A stretch of DNA of 64,000 bases from Anthoceros angustus (GCA_010909165.1 VJWM01000025.1:2852001-2916000); one strand, 5' to 3'; numbered from the stretch's first letter, positions 46,126 through 59,500 are shown. Translations and numbers: made by a program. Notes: generated by a model from the letters alone, not told the origin.

Positions 46126-49120
46126 TTTATTGAGGTGAAAGAACGATGAAAAGAGACCATCTAGGAGGGGACAACAAATGGGGACCCGGGGGTCGGAGTG
46201 AAGAGGAGCAACTGAGCTCCCTACCTAAAGTGACCAATCGCACCCACAATGTCATATGCGTGTAGAATAAACGGCCCGCAAACCACGGAGGAAGAGGAAA
46301 AGGCATCACCCACCGCCGCCTTATGGAGAATCGCCATTGAGAGCGCCTGAAGAGCAATAGAAACCCGCCGGAAGTATGCGTGAAGTACGAGAGGGACACC
46401 GCACTATGTCTCACAGATGGTAAGCTTTGGCACAAGACTTGACGAATTTGTCAAAGTCCTCATCCATTGCCCCAAACGTTTCTAAAGTAAGCGGGATAAA
46501 GAGGTGGCCCGCTTGCATCCTGCTATACTTGCGGACCTTGAGAGCGCAGGCAGCAGCCGGCTGGGATTCGTGATGACACGGGCGTCGTGCGGTCGATAAC
46601 CACTACATCCGCCACCACAACCTGGTCGCCACGGACAAGGTATAGGTCCGCCCTGATTGAACGACCTGTAAGAAGAGTATACTCCCGCTCGGGAAGTCCT
46701 TCCGAGCATCTGCTGATAACATGACTCTGGCCTATCTCAAGGACGATTGGAGAGAGAAGGTTCCCTCCTCCACACTTGATACGAGATCCTCGAGAAAGGG
46801 CTTGTCATGGAGGATGAAACGGGAAGCCAAGGAAGGGGCAGAGAGGGCCCAACTCCCCAAGAAAGCCGCCGGGGAAGAGACCTCCGATGAGAGCAGTCCT
46901 ACGCCTCCAAATTGCACAGGCAGGGATGCTTGCCAGCGGGCCAGGACGCCCCCAGAGGCACTCAAAAGCCCCGAGCCCAGGATGTCCCCAAGAGTATCCA
47001 TAATCTTCGCATCAAACCCCCGGAGCCGGGACAAAAGGACCGGAGACGGAGGCAGCGTATGGATGAGGTACCCAGGCGCCTAGCAAAAGCGAAGGAAAAG
47101 GATTCCAAAGGCCACCCGAGCATCCTCCAAAGAAAGGGAGGTCTTCAATATGGGAGAGGTCCTCCAAGGGCCTTGTCCAGAAGCTCCCAATGAAGTCGGG
47201 AACCAAAGGGGACCCCAAGAACTGCATCAAGAGCCGAGCAATCTCCCCAGCAGAAACCGCAGAGTAGGCGTGATCCCCGACGGGACCGACGCTGCACTTG
47301 GACATCTTGACCTTCAAGCCCACCAACGAAAGCTCTAAGAGAATATCTCAAAGGCCTCCTTGACTTTGTCCCTGTGCCCGAGGATGTGAGAATCGCCCCG
47401 CCAACGAAGGGAAGACACACGCTGGAGAGGGCGGCCCAGACAGGCCCTATAGTGAGCAATAGCGAAGAGAGCACCGCCTAGCGGGTCGCCTTGCCTGCAC
47501 CGTGGCCGATTCCAAGACGAGACGGCGAAACTCAAGAGACGTTTGTGTGGTAGTAGAGGTTGGAGGACCTCCGTAGAAGCACCGGACAAAAGGGTATAAG
47601 ACTCTAGACGCCGCCAAGATCCCTAAGCTCCTCAAAGATGACGCCCGGAAATGGTATTGAAGGCGCTCGACATCCACCGTAAGACTACCCAATCCGGGTG
47701 GGTATCAAGGCAAGCCACCCCTAGCACCATGCACTGCAGCCTGAGTGGCAATGCCAAATTGAAGGGGTTGAAGTCTTCTTGGAGAAGGGAGCGATCAGAG
47801 GCGATAGTGCGGCCGAGTAGCCGCATGAAGGCCTCCCCAACCGCGAGTGGGCGACGCCGAGGCGTGCTTGTCCATAGCGACAAGCCTACTAGCCGCAAGA
47901 ACAAAATCCGTGAGGCATCTCTCCACGAGCCACCGCAGCAGCCTGAGAAAAGAGCTCGAAAGCCGGATGGATCTTCGGGAGAAAGAGGTCCCTAAGGTGT
48001 TCGAACACCATTCCCGACAAACCGCAGATGAAAGACGAGGGTTGTGAGAGAGCTGAGCAAAAGCCGCCGGTCCAGTGGAGAAGGGATCCTCCGGGACATA
48101 GTCGGATATGTCCGGGAATGGCATCCTTAGGTGGCGGATGGAGGGCATGGAGGGCGCAATTGTCTCTTCAAGCGGGGCCGAGGGACGGGTCAAGAGCCCT
48201 AGCAGCTGGCATATTCACCCGCCAAGCAACTTGCGCGAGGTTTGTTGCATTACCCGCACTGCTCCAACGGCCGAGGATTCGCCCGGACTTGGCAAAGACG
48301 CACGCCTCCTCCTCAAGAGCCGCCGCCACCAAAACGCCAAGACGGCTAGCAACTTCACTTGTGTAAGCCCCCTAGTGCAATCAAGACACCATTGGGGAGA
48401 AGAAGGAGGAGACACCAAGCTAACTCATCCCGGATCGAGTGCAAGGCGATCTAGGGAAGACGAAATGCCGACGGCATCATCGTGAAGGTGCCGAGGAAGC
48501 CTGCGGAAGATGCGCGGACATGGAAAGCGGGTTTCGAACATCCCAAGGATGTGATCCAGCTAACTCCGCAACCATTCCCAAGAAGAAAGAGGCACCACAA
48601 GGAGAAAGCTATTGTGCGCCGGAGCCGGGGCAGCGGACGTGGAGGAGGTCGCAGCGTGCACTTGGGCAGCCCAGGTAGTCTGGTCGAAATCTTTATGCAT
48701 GTGCCCGAGGTGAGTTTTCACCCCCTTGACGCCGCAGTAGAGTTGAGCACAGACTGGACAAGGAGTGTCCTTGACAGTCACGGAGGGTGTGGATCGCCCC
48801 ATTGGATGGGGGACGAAAAGGGCCTGCAAACGCCAGTTGAAGGGTGACAGGGCCGAAGAGGTACCGGGGACCGAGGGCAAAATGACCCCAGCCTGGACCG
48901 GACATACAGAGTTTGAGCTCCGTATGGCGAACCCCAAAAGGCCGGCCAAAGGGCCCCAGCCAAGAGGGGGTGCAACCCACAGGACCACTGCCAACCACCA
49001 AACTAACGCCCACACCAGAACTCAAGACTCAAAAGCCGGGTGAGATCCTCAGAGAAAGAAGCCCAACCGAAAAGCGTATAAGCAAAGAATCAGATGAAAA
49101 TGGACTCACGAACATGTAAT
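46126..49120 (-). mobile_element. CRE-like non-LTR retrotransposon (C2H2 finger, RT, restriction-like endonuclease), frameshifted
   Basis: CPVCAQLYCGVKGVKTHLGHMH; RRPLAVGEAFMRLLGR; QGDPLGGALF; DSHILG; QASLPVQFGGVGL; endonuclease region RADLYLV..VVADVVV and KVRKY..FIPLTLETFG. 3' end …CACCTCAATAAA. Confidence 0.8.
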
Positions 49121-49199
49121 AGAGCTCACAACAATCACACAATCAACCGAACCATCTCAGGCAACAATCAGCCACCATCTCAAGCAACAATCACCACAC

Positions 49200-49520
49200 C
49201 ACATAGGGCATAACTTCACAAGTCAATGTTTAAACGCAACACAGGGCATAACACTCAATCGCAACATCTAGGGCTAGCATTCAAACGCAACACCTAGGGC
49301 ATAGCACTTAGTCGCAACATCTAGGGCCTAGCATTCAGCCGCAACACCTAGGGCATAACACTCAACCGCAACATCTAGGGCATAACATCGAACCGCAACA
49401 TCTAGGGCCCAGATCACCGCAACACCTAGGGCATAACACTCACCAACATCTAGGGCCTAGCATTCAAACGCAACACCTCTGGCATAACACTCAGCCGTAA
49501 CATCTAGGGCCTAGCCTTCC
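49200..49520. repeat. About 27-bp tandem array, about 11 units, at the 5' flank of the CRE-like element
   Basis: Unit CGCAACAYCTAGGGCATAACACTCAA with two partly alternating variants. Confidence 0.85.
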
Positions 49521-49999
49521 AAGTAGCCAATATATATAAGATTAACTCCTGCACATGTAACTGCGTAGCACCTGCACTCAAAGCTCCAATATAATGAGCT
49601 TGTAATTGGATAACTTCCCCTTATCTTCACCTCGATTCGAATGTGGAAATATCTTCCCAATCATTGGCTCATTCCATATAGCTTAAGAACTGCAGGTCAC
49701 CCAAGATGTACCATGCCTTGTCAATCTTCACTTTATCCTCAAAAGGTTCTATGCCTTCTGGATCTTCAATTTATTTGGCCAACGTACGGCACATATTCCA
49801 CCGAGGGTTTCAACCCCTAGTTCTCGACAACACAGCATCATTGCTCCGGTCTTTAAATAATAAGTTCATATGCTCCCTTGATATATAAGGCTTCTATAAA
49901 ATGATGTTTGAATATAGTGGGGCTCACATACATCAAGATTGAATATATGTATACGCGAGCGAAGAGAGCACCGCCTCAGCAAACCACTCCCGCGATGGG

Positions 50000-50180
50000 T
50001 TCTACACAGGAAGGAACATCACTCTCCACAGGAAGAAGCACCACAAGGAAGACCACTTTCCACAGCAAGGAAGACCACTAGCAATTGTCTCTTCAAGGAA
50101 GACTACTCTCCACAGCAAGGAAGACCACTCTCCACAGCAAGGAAGACCACTCTCCACAGTAAGGAAGACCACTCTCCTCA
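50000..50180. repeat. About 22-bp tandem repeat, about 6 units
   Basis: CACTCTCCACAGCAAGGAAGAC reiterated. Confidence 0.8.
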
Positions 50181-50199
50181 GTGTTCAGAAGGGAGCGGC

Positions 50200-51680
50200 A
50201 CTGCAGGGCGATAGATTGGGCTTGTGATGTTCGTGCCCCACTCCTTTTTGCATATAAGAAGGCATGGGTTCATCATTGCTTACATTGTAATGTTTCTGTG
50301 AATGAGATATTATTGCGGCATCATTTAACAGTTATTGAGAAGTATTATCTGTCAAAGTGGTTTGCATCGTAACATGAAGGTCCATATGTTAAGGTGCATG
50401 ATGATTTTCTATCACGTGATGAAAATTTCATAATTTGTCATTATACTTATAGAAAAACAAACATGGTGTCTCCATCCTGATGATAGCACAATTGTGTCCT
50501 CATGGATCAAGGTTCATGCTCATTTTGTTATCCACATTTCGAGGGAGGGTGCACCATTTTGCTTGGGCATCCAAACTAATTTCATGTTGTCTGCCTATGT
50601 TCAGCATGGCCACAACATTCTAATTGTCATGGAATCAACGTTTGAGGTAAACGAATATCAACTGTTTACTCTTATGGCATTTGATGCACACCACAATGGG
50701 ATTCTGGTGCCATGGGCAATTTATCAGGAGACAATAGAGCAATGCTTGGTGCAATGGCTAACATCTTTTTGTCACAAATTGTAGAACGATAAGGCTCAAT
50801 GGCTCCCAAGTACTTTTCTGGTTGACGATTGTCTAATTGAAATTAGTGCATTGCGAGTAGTGTAGTCCCGGAATACGGCCATTCTCCCGTGCTTTTTGCA
50901 TGTGAGGAGGGTATGCATGGCTTTGAAATAGGTTACAACAGGTTTACAATGTTGATAGAACAGCCATGTGAAAAGATCTTGAGAACATTATGTATGTCCA
51001 AGGAGGTGATTGCAATATAGAGCTGGTGAAGAAAGGCGCAGAGCTTTTGAATGAATTTTACATGAAGTGGGAAGAGAAACAAGCAGCTTTTGTAGATTAT
51101 TTTAAGAAATTTTGGGGAGAGCAAATTGGTATGTTATAATTTAGGGTGGGCACATCAGTAAGACATGGATTCTATGAGTTTTGCTTGGGCCTCAGTTGCT
51201 GATGTTGGTTTCCATTTGCTGTGGTACAGACATGTTTATGAAGAATGTTCGTCTTCTACTTTACGCGGGTCAGGGTTGCGCCTCCTCGATTGAGGCTTGG
51301 CATCGATTTCTTAAAGAACGGTTGAATTGAGAACCATTATTTCTGCGCGGAGGATTGATTGGCTACTCCGTTTACAATGTTTTGTTGTAGGTGTTTATTT
51401 CTGATACCAAATCACTGCAAGGAAGGTGGTTATAATATCAACGCGAAGATGAAGAAATTGTTTCAACATGCTATGGAAGCAACATTGGAAATATTGAATA
51501 TTCAAGTTGCCTTATCTCTAGATCCATACGAGGATGCCTTGTGTCTATCCTCCCAAACCTTCATAACAAGGTATGTCATATAGAACCCAACTTCAATGTG
51601 GGCAACGTATTTGTAGTCTAGGACAACAGGGGTTTTTGTGCAAGCATGTTGTCAAAGTGCTACAGATGATGTATTAACAA
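50200..51680 (+). mobile_element. C-terminal relic of the MULE transposase (catalytic region and SWIM finger)
   Basis: LGIQT…MESTFEVNEYQLFTLMAFDAHHNGILVPWAI…WLPSTFLVDD…CFLHV…FVDYFKKFW…IEAWHRFLK, followed by a SWIM-like remnant. Multiple stops. Confidence 0.7.
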
Positions 51681-52539
51681 AACTGTCTTGGCTCGAACTT
51701 ATTGATCACGTGACAGGTGATCGTAATGATTATCAAGAAGCAAATTTATTCATTCACAAATACAATTTATATTCACATAAATATCTTCAAGTTGGTCCTG
51801 TTAGAGCTCACTTCAACTCAAGGGCTTAATGATGATAGCCCACAGTCTCTCATACTGTAACACACACGACGGTCCCATGACCTAATACAGCGCTTCACAA
51901 TTCTAGTCTTTCTTCAAACATCTAGACTACATAATTTGAATTTTGGGTTCACCAAAAAAACATCCAGAATCGGCATGACTTCCTAAACCACCATGAGTAA
52001 TCTCTCGAGTACTTGTATCAAGAAATAATAATACTTCGTAAATTCCACAAGGTCTCTTTTAACGAGGCCTTGCAAAGAGCTCCTACATGATACAAGGACA
52101 TTATAAGAGTCACACGCAGTACCACACTACCGGACTAGTCGTACTATAAGAGTACCACTAACTGGTCGGACTACAAGAGTCCCACTAATGTGAGGAAGGG
52201 GGGCCTTGATGTGTGCCCACCCTCTTGACAACACTCTCACAGCCTTCGTTCTTATATACGGCTTTAGTTCCTTAGTGCCCATCCATCAGGCGGGTGTGGC
52301 TCACCTTTACCACTCAACAACAAGCTTATCCTAAAAATCTTGTTTTCTGGCTAGTGGCCCATACATGGAAAGGGTTGTAGCAATAAGCTCATGTTTCTTC
52401 ATGAGCTCTCTCATAACGACTCATCTCATCTCACAATCCTAACTTTGATCACATGATAGGTGTCGGAAATGATTATCATGAAGGAAACTTTTTACTTTTT
52501 TATAAGATAATGTACTATTTGGCAAGTAGATCCCGAACA

Positions 52540-52956
52540 CAATGTACTCTTTGGCAATCAAGGGCCTCTTTATTCCGCTTGCACTAGAAATGTATGGGGC
52601 AATGATTGAGGACATTGACAAATTTGTCAAGTCTTGTGCCAAAGCTTACCATGTGCGCAGACACGGTGCAGGGATGTCCCTCTTGTACTTCACAGCATAC
52701 TTCCGACAACGGGTTTCAATTGCCCTTCAACGGGCGCTCTCAACGGCGATCCTCCACAAGGCGGCGTGAGGGTGACGATCTTCCTCTACCTCCGTGGTTT
52801 GCAGGTCGTTTATTCTTCCTGCATATGACATTGTGGGTGCAATAGGTGACTTTAGGTAGGGAGCTTAGTCGCTCCTCTCCACCTCGACCCCCTGGTCCCC
52901 TTTGGTTGTCCCCTCCTGGATGGGCTTTTCCCATCGTTTTTTCACCTCAATAAAAA
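52540..52956 (+). mobile_element. 5'-truncated 3' end of the same CRE-like family
   Basis: FIPLALEMYGAMIEDIDKFVKSCAKAYH…RQRVSIALQRALS. The 3' UTR is closely similar to 46126-46440 and ends CACCTCAATAAA. Confidence 0.85.
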
Positions 52957-54092
52957 CTTGTCTTTAGTAAGACAATATACATGTATGATCCACTAATAAC
53001 TTAGGTGGATTTGCTTTTGCTTTGATTTGAATGAAAATGTCTTGATGTAATTGCTTCAATCATTATTTCTTGGAAATTATGTTTTTCAAGAAAAAACTTA
53101 TTTTACATATGCGCTGAACTCGAGCGCGGTAGTCGCTCAAATTTCACCAAAAATATCGCGAGGCAGAAAAAGGCACTAGAGGGAAAGGAAGCTGAAATTC
53201 AGGCCACAGTAGCATGGAATAATGGGAACCCGACGGCTGCGGTTTGACTTCCATTCGCTCCACACGATGTCGCTAAATAGCGAACTCAGTCGGCGTGCTT
53301 CGGGTTGCTCGTGAGATTTGCAACGTCCGTTTGGAAGGACTCCAACAAGCTAGGAGTTAGGTTCTTTTTTCCGATTTTTGATTTTTTTATATTATCTTGG
53401 ACAGACGGAACGGTCATGAAGAAGAAGAATTTTTTTTAAAGCCCAGTAAGGATGGATTTCCGATTTTTTCTATATTATCTTGGACAGACGGAACGGTCAT
53501 GAAGAAGAAGAAAATTTTTATTTAATTCCACTTAGGATGGATTTCCGTCATGAGACTGAAATATGATAACTACATAAATTATGGTAAAATAATCTGGACG
53601 AATGTAAAGATAAAATTTAAGGAAGACAAATAATCTTCAATCAATCAACAGTGTCAATGAATGAAATCGCTGAACGAGGGCCAAACACAACCAATTCATC
53701 CCTACAAAAGAAAGCCACTTTGACCTACAGCGCGAGCTGCTATGAAAGCAGGTTCCTGCTATGAAAGCCGGTTCCATCGCAATGGTGTAAGATCCTCATG
53801 CACAGAGGTGGTCACATTCGGCCAAGAACCGCCGGTGCTAACAGATCGCCGACAGAGCCCTGGGGCCCACAGAGCGAAATGAAAACTAGTCGGCCAAATG
53901 GTAACCTGTTGTATGGGGTTCCCGAACCAGCTAATATATACTGCCTGCCTGGGATTCTGATGGCTCGCCTTCGTATATATTCATGGCCGCGTCAAGCCCG
54001 ATGCCGGACCGCCGCGAGCCTCCGGAGCAGGAGGACTCCCAGGTGCATCAGGATCGCAAGCCGATTGTAGCGGTGCTCCGTCCTCCACTGCC

Positions 54093-55724
54093 ATGGACAC
54101 TGCGCTCAAGGACGGATTGTCAGGGCTTGCGGCAGGCGTGGCCACCGTGGTCACGGGCCATCCCTTCGACACCATCAAGGTTCCAAGAATTGCTGCATTG
54201 CAGATTGCTGCTCTTCAGATCAGACCGCGGGTGGATAGGGTTTTGATCGTCACACGGCGGTGCAGGTGAAATTGCAGGCGCAGCACACCGATTCTCACAA
54301 CCTGAGATACAGGAACGCTCTCGACTGCACCTCGCAGATTCTCAGGACGGAAGGGGTATGTAGTGCGGGGATTGGATTCGGGAAGTGGCGGATTTCGGGC
54401 TGGGTCATGGAGCTGACTGTGTTGTGTTGTGCTGTGACAGGCTAAAGGCTTGTATCGAGGGGCAGCGTCTTCATTTCTCGGCGTGGCAGTGGAGAGTTCT
54501 TTGCTCTTCGGATTTTACTCCCAAGTGAGAAGAGCTCTGCGAGTAAGTATGCACTCGGAGGTCGTTTCTGGTAGTTCGTTGTTTTTCCACCCCCAGCTGC
54601 TTTCCGGTGGTTAGGTTTCGGATAGCTAGGCCTGATGTTACGGTTCTTGGCTCGATCGCAATTTTGGAAGCGTGGAGACGCTGATACGCCAACAGTCCTC
54701 AATGTTGTGCCTGCTGGAGCAGTTGCTGGAGCTGCTGTGAGTACCATACTCTGCCCGACAGAGCTTGTTAAGGTGTATTTCTGTGCCTTTTGCCCTTTTT
54801 TCCTGTTCTTTCGGTTTCAATTTTGGAGCTCGACCTGCCTTGTTTTCCATCAATTTTATTCGGTAGCCTCTGATCTTGCAGTGCCGTCTCCAAGTGCAAG
54901 CAACAACAAGCAGCCCTTCCTTGCTCGTCTACTCCGGGCCATGGGATTGTGTGCGCAAGACAGTGCAGACAGACGGGGTGATTGCCATGACACTGTTGTC
55001 AAGTTCTTAGCTCCCTGGCTACTGTTGGTGCTTGTCCAGATTCAGGTCTCTGAAACCATTCATTCGTGCTCAACAGGTCAAAGGGTTGTTTCGAGGAGGG
55101 ATGTCTACATTGGCAAGGGAATCGGTGGGCAACTCCGTGTTTTTCATGACATACGAGTACTCGAGGAGCTACATGTTGTCAGCAGTCAAGTTCCATCGCA
55201 GACTCTCAGATGGTGGTCTCTCTGGTATCGAGGAGGAACGCATAGATGACTCGTTATCACAAGTCTTGCTGCAGTCGGCGATTGCAATCACGAGTGGAGG
55301 ACTTGCTGGAATAGCAGTAAGTGCCTCTGAAGACCTCTTGGAAGTTCAACAACGATCACTGTTTCTCATCTCTCTCACATCACCTGCTCTTGTGCCGCAG
55401 TTTTGGTCCGTAGTTTTGCCTTTCGATGTCTCCAAAACCCGAATACAAACGTCATTGGACCCCGCGGTAAACAGAAATCCCTTGTATCATTTTAAACAGG
55501 TAACGAACTAGCTCTGAATCTCTGCCTTTTCCTAAGGTTTGTCCACTGCCACTCCTGATTTTTCTCATCCGTGCTTTGTGCGTTTCCTCCCGCAGGTCTA
55601 CGGCTCTCAAGGCATTCGAGGCTTGTATGCAGGATTGGGTCCTACGTTAGTGCGGGCGTTTCCTGCCAATGCTGCTGCGGTTCTTACCTGGGAGCTTACT
55701 GCAAGACTTCTAGGCGTCCGGTAG
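54093..55724 (+). CDS. BAC1: Mitochondrial basic amino acid (arginine/ornithine) carrier, multi-exon
   Basis: GHPFDTIK|VKLQAQHTD…RYRNALDC…KGLYRGAASSFLGVAVESSLLFG, LCPTELVK, LARESVGNSVFF, LPFDVSK and GLYAGLGPTLVRAFPANAA: three carrier signatures. Confidence 0.92.
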
Positions 55725-56212
55725 TGGTGCGTAGGATCGTATAGCTCCCTTTTCTATTGCTTCGTAGGAGTAGCTCATTTTTTCATAGGTATTACTTACT
55801 GGGACAGCTGAGGCTCCCTCCATTTTTTTTTTGATAAAACGAGGTCCTTTGCGGAAGGCCTCATTGTTTTACTTTATTTTCACTTCGATGTGTACTTTAA
55901 AAGACCTATAAAATGCTAGCTTGAAAGCCCTAATTAGGACCTATGCAACTAGCCAATAAAGAACGCGCGAAAACCAGGATTAATCAGGGTGAGAACTGGG
56001 GCAGCGTAAAGCTTGGGTTATTCACGTGTGGTAACTCCCGTACAAGTGTATGCGTACATATACATAGCTGAATGGGAAACATCCGAGTACATCATACATG
56101 TGGGGATTACCACATGTAATAACGCAATCCCACGACTCGCATCTCTCAGTAGGTTCTCTCAAATTGAGCCTACGAAAAAGGCACCTTCGAACGAGGAAAC
56201 GTTCCAAGCACG

Positions 56213-56386
56213 ATGGCCAAGGCCAAGGGTGGTGCGGTGCTGGTCAGGCTTGTGTCCGCAGCTGGCACTGGCTTCTTCTACGTCAAGTCCAAGAATCCGC
56301 GCAAGTTTCCCACCAAGCTTGAGTTCCGCAAATACGATCCTGTCGTGAAGCGTCATGTTCTCTTCACGGAGGCCAAAATGCGGTGA
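56213..56386 (+). CDS. rpl33: Mitochondrial-type ribosomal protein L33, 57 aa, intronless, absent from the ORF track
   Basis: Translated by hand: [57 protein letters not shown]. Confidence 0.93.
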   Translation: MAKAKGGAVLVRLVSAAGTGFFYVKSKNPRKFPTKLEFRKYDPVVKRHVLFTEAKMR

Positions 56387-56587
56387 ATTCCACCTCGGCC
56401 GCTTGACCTAATCGTAGGATCGGGACTTTGGGCTGCTGAATTGACACTGGAGCTAGATCTGGTGGGTTCAGCTCGGAACGGGTATTGATTGCACAAGACT
56501 GGGCAAGATTTCCGAATGCGGGTTTTAGGATTGTGGAATTCTGGTTTTGAGCTGGAAGAGTGAGAGGGGCTTTCACAGCTTAGGCAA

Positions 56588-59500
56588 ATGCAGCCCCGAC
56601 TTGGATACCCCGTATGGCTGGGGGTTCTTCTCTTGGTCTGCTGGGGAGCTGGTCCAGCATGGTGCCAGCACTCCAAGCCCGTTGCGCACGACGATAATAT
56701 GAAGGATTTGGCGCAAAGCAACAAGTTTCTGGCCCGGGAAGCCTCAGATGACCATCTTCCTTTAGGAAAACTGTGAGTTTTCTTTCACTGTCTGTCTATT
56801 TCCTGGATATGCCCCGCGAAGTTTTACGATGGATTAGTGACTGCGTTACGTGCATCTTTTGTAGGGATGAGGAGGCGTTAGCTAAAAGCCAGTGCCCTCA
56901 GAACGTGGAGTTGAGGTGGCAAACGGAAGTCAGCTCCAGCGTTTATGCCACCCCTCTGATTGCAGACATCAACTCGTATGTGCTGTGTCTCCATCCCTCG
57001 CTCCTGCACGGGAATGATGTGATCAATGATTTGGGCTAAACTGGGCAGAATTTTGTGCTTATTACGTTTTCCTGTTGAATTGATTGGCTACTGCAGTGAT
57101 GGTAAGCTAGAGGTGGTTATTCCCTCCTTTGTCCACTACTTGGAGGCACTCGAAGGGGCTGACGGGGAAAAAGTTATTGGTACGTGGTCGACCAATGTTT
57201 TCGGTTCTCAAAGGTCGACGACAACATTTTCTTAGTTCGGGGTGCATACGCTCAGTGATTGAATCTCACACTTGAGGGTTTATCTGGCAGGTTTTCCAGC
57301 CTTCCATCAGTCAACTGTGCATGCCAGTCCCCTGCTTTATGACATAGATAGGGACGGCATTCGAGAGATCTTGCTTGCCACCTTCAATGGCGAGGTTGTT
57401 TTCTTCAGGTGTGCATCTTATCTTCCCTTGTATGTTCGTCTTTGCATGTGGCCTAACTCAAAACTTGTGGCAATGGCCTGTGCTACAAAGTACGACAGAT
57501 TCTCTGTTCACTGTTAATTCACCAGACTGTGAATCTGGACGCAGAAATAACGGCTACCTTATGCCAGAGAAGTTGACAGTCCCAAGGCTTCGTATAAGAA
57601 AGGACTGGTTTGTGGGTCTGGACCCTGACTGGGTAGATCGCAGTCATCCGGATGTACATGATGAGGGTATCGACATCATTAACCAGAGCAGTAAAAGTGA
57701 GACATCTGGTGCCAATGTGGAAGAAACGCCTGGTGTGAAGGCTTCTGTATCTTCTAGGGGGCAAGTGGATGCAACAATTGACAAGGACCGCCTGCCCAAA
57801 AATGATTCTGTCATCACTGCAGAAGCAGAAATTGCAAAAAACGTGCAGCGACGGTTGCTAGAAGATAATGAAAATACCAAACAAGCAGCTACTGTAGAAA
57901 ATGATCAGCAGGGACTGGAAGAGGATGCTATTGCTGCGTTTGAGCTTCTTCGAGATTACAGTGCAGACGATGAGGCAGTCACAGACGAATATAATTATGA
58001 CTATGATGACTATGTGGATGAAAACATGTGGGGTGACGAGGACTGGAATGAGGGTGTTCATGAGAAGGAGGAAGACTATACAGATGTTGATGCGCACATC
58101 CTGTGTACTCCGGTGAGTTGATTCTTTAGATGCCTCTCTGTAGATTCTTTTCATGTTTTTACGCTGTTCCCTGAAGTAAACTCTGATGTTCATTTTCCGA
58201 GGGGGTCAATTGCTTTGGTACTGATGCATGTGGGATTTTGCAGGTTATTGCTGATATTGACAATGATGGAGTAGATGAGATGATTGTTGCATCCTCCTTC
58301 TTCTATGATCGTGAGTAAGCTCCGATTACCGTCTGTCCTAAATTACATATGCAATTTCCTGGCATATGTCTCACCATGAAGGGTTTGAATGCATGAATCT
58401 TTTACTGGCAATAATCTGTCTGTGGACTTGCTAGGTATTATGATGCACAGGAGCATAAGAAGGAGCTTGGGGACTTGGACATCGGGAAGTATATAGCTTG
58501 CTCTGTGGTAGTTTTCAACCTCGAAACAAAGCAAGTGAAGTGGAACATCCACCTTGATCTGAGCACAGACTCTGGAAGCTACCGTGCTTTCATATATTCT
58601 TCGCCAACTGTTGCTGACATTGATGGGGATGGGTTCCTTGAAATCATTGTGGGCACATCGTTTGGCTTTCTCTATGTCCTCCGTCACAATGGTAAGTCCT
58701 TGTTACGCATAAGTCTTTTCTCTGTTTCTAGTCCGGTGCCTGTTTTGTTGCAAGTAGTTCTTACGTTTTACTTGACCAAAATGCAGGCCAGGTTATGGAA
58801 AATTTTCCTGTGTTAATGGGAGAGATTCAAGGGCAAGTCATTGCAGCAGACATAAATGATGACGGTCTTATAGAGATTGTGAGTGTTGATACTAGAGGCA
58901 ATGTTGCTGCTTGGAGCAGTATGGGAAAAGAAATTTGGGAGAGGCATTTGAAAAGCCTGATTTCACAGGTTAGTTCTGAGTTAATATCACGAAGTTGTTA
59001 TTCCTTAGTGTCTTAGAAGCTTCCATGATTTTTGGACATGATTTTGTTTGCTTGATGGGTTTGGTTCTCAGACCGACGTGTGTGTATTGCTTGTGCTCAG
59101 GGAGCGACTGTTGGTGATGTCAATGGTGATGGCCACACAGAAATAGTTGTCCCCACTTCCTCAGGAAATATATATGTTTTGAAAGGTGCTGATGGTTCAA
59201 TTGTCAGCCCATTCCCATATCGCACTCATGGAAGAGTGATGGCACCTGTACTATTGGTTGACTTAAACAAGCGCGGTAGCGATAAGAGAACACTTACACT
59301 TGCAGTAACGTCTTTTGATGGCTACTTCTACCTGATCAATGGTGCGACAGGATGTGCAGATGCTGTTGACATTGGCGAAACCTCGTAAGTGTTCTGCAGT
59401 AGATCAGGCTGTCTTTTTGTATCCAAGTAGTGCAGGGTAACCCTGTGTATGTGCGTCTTTCCAGATACAGCATGGTGGTGGCTGACAACGTGGACGGTGG

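Noticed and set aside
46098-50264. 14-bp inverted repeat TGCCTTCTTATATG / CATATAAGAAGGCA as TIRs of an inserted element
   Set aside because: The right copy lies within the collinear transposase frame (AYKKA), there is no target-site duplication, and several 14-bp inverted matches are expected by chance in 64 kb.
53370-53550. Two direct repeats of about 80 bp upstream of BAC1
   Set aside because: Only two copies of a local duplication, with no structural or coding signal.
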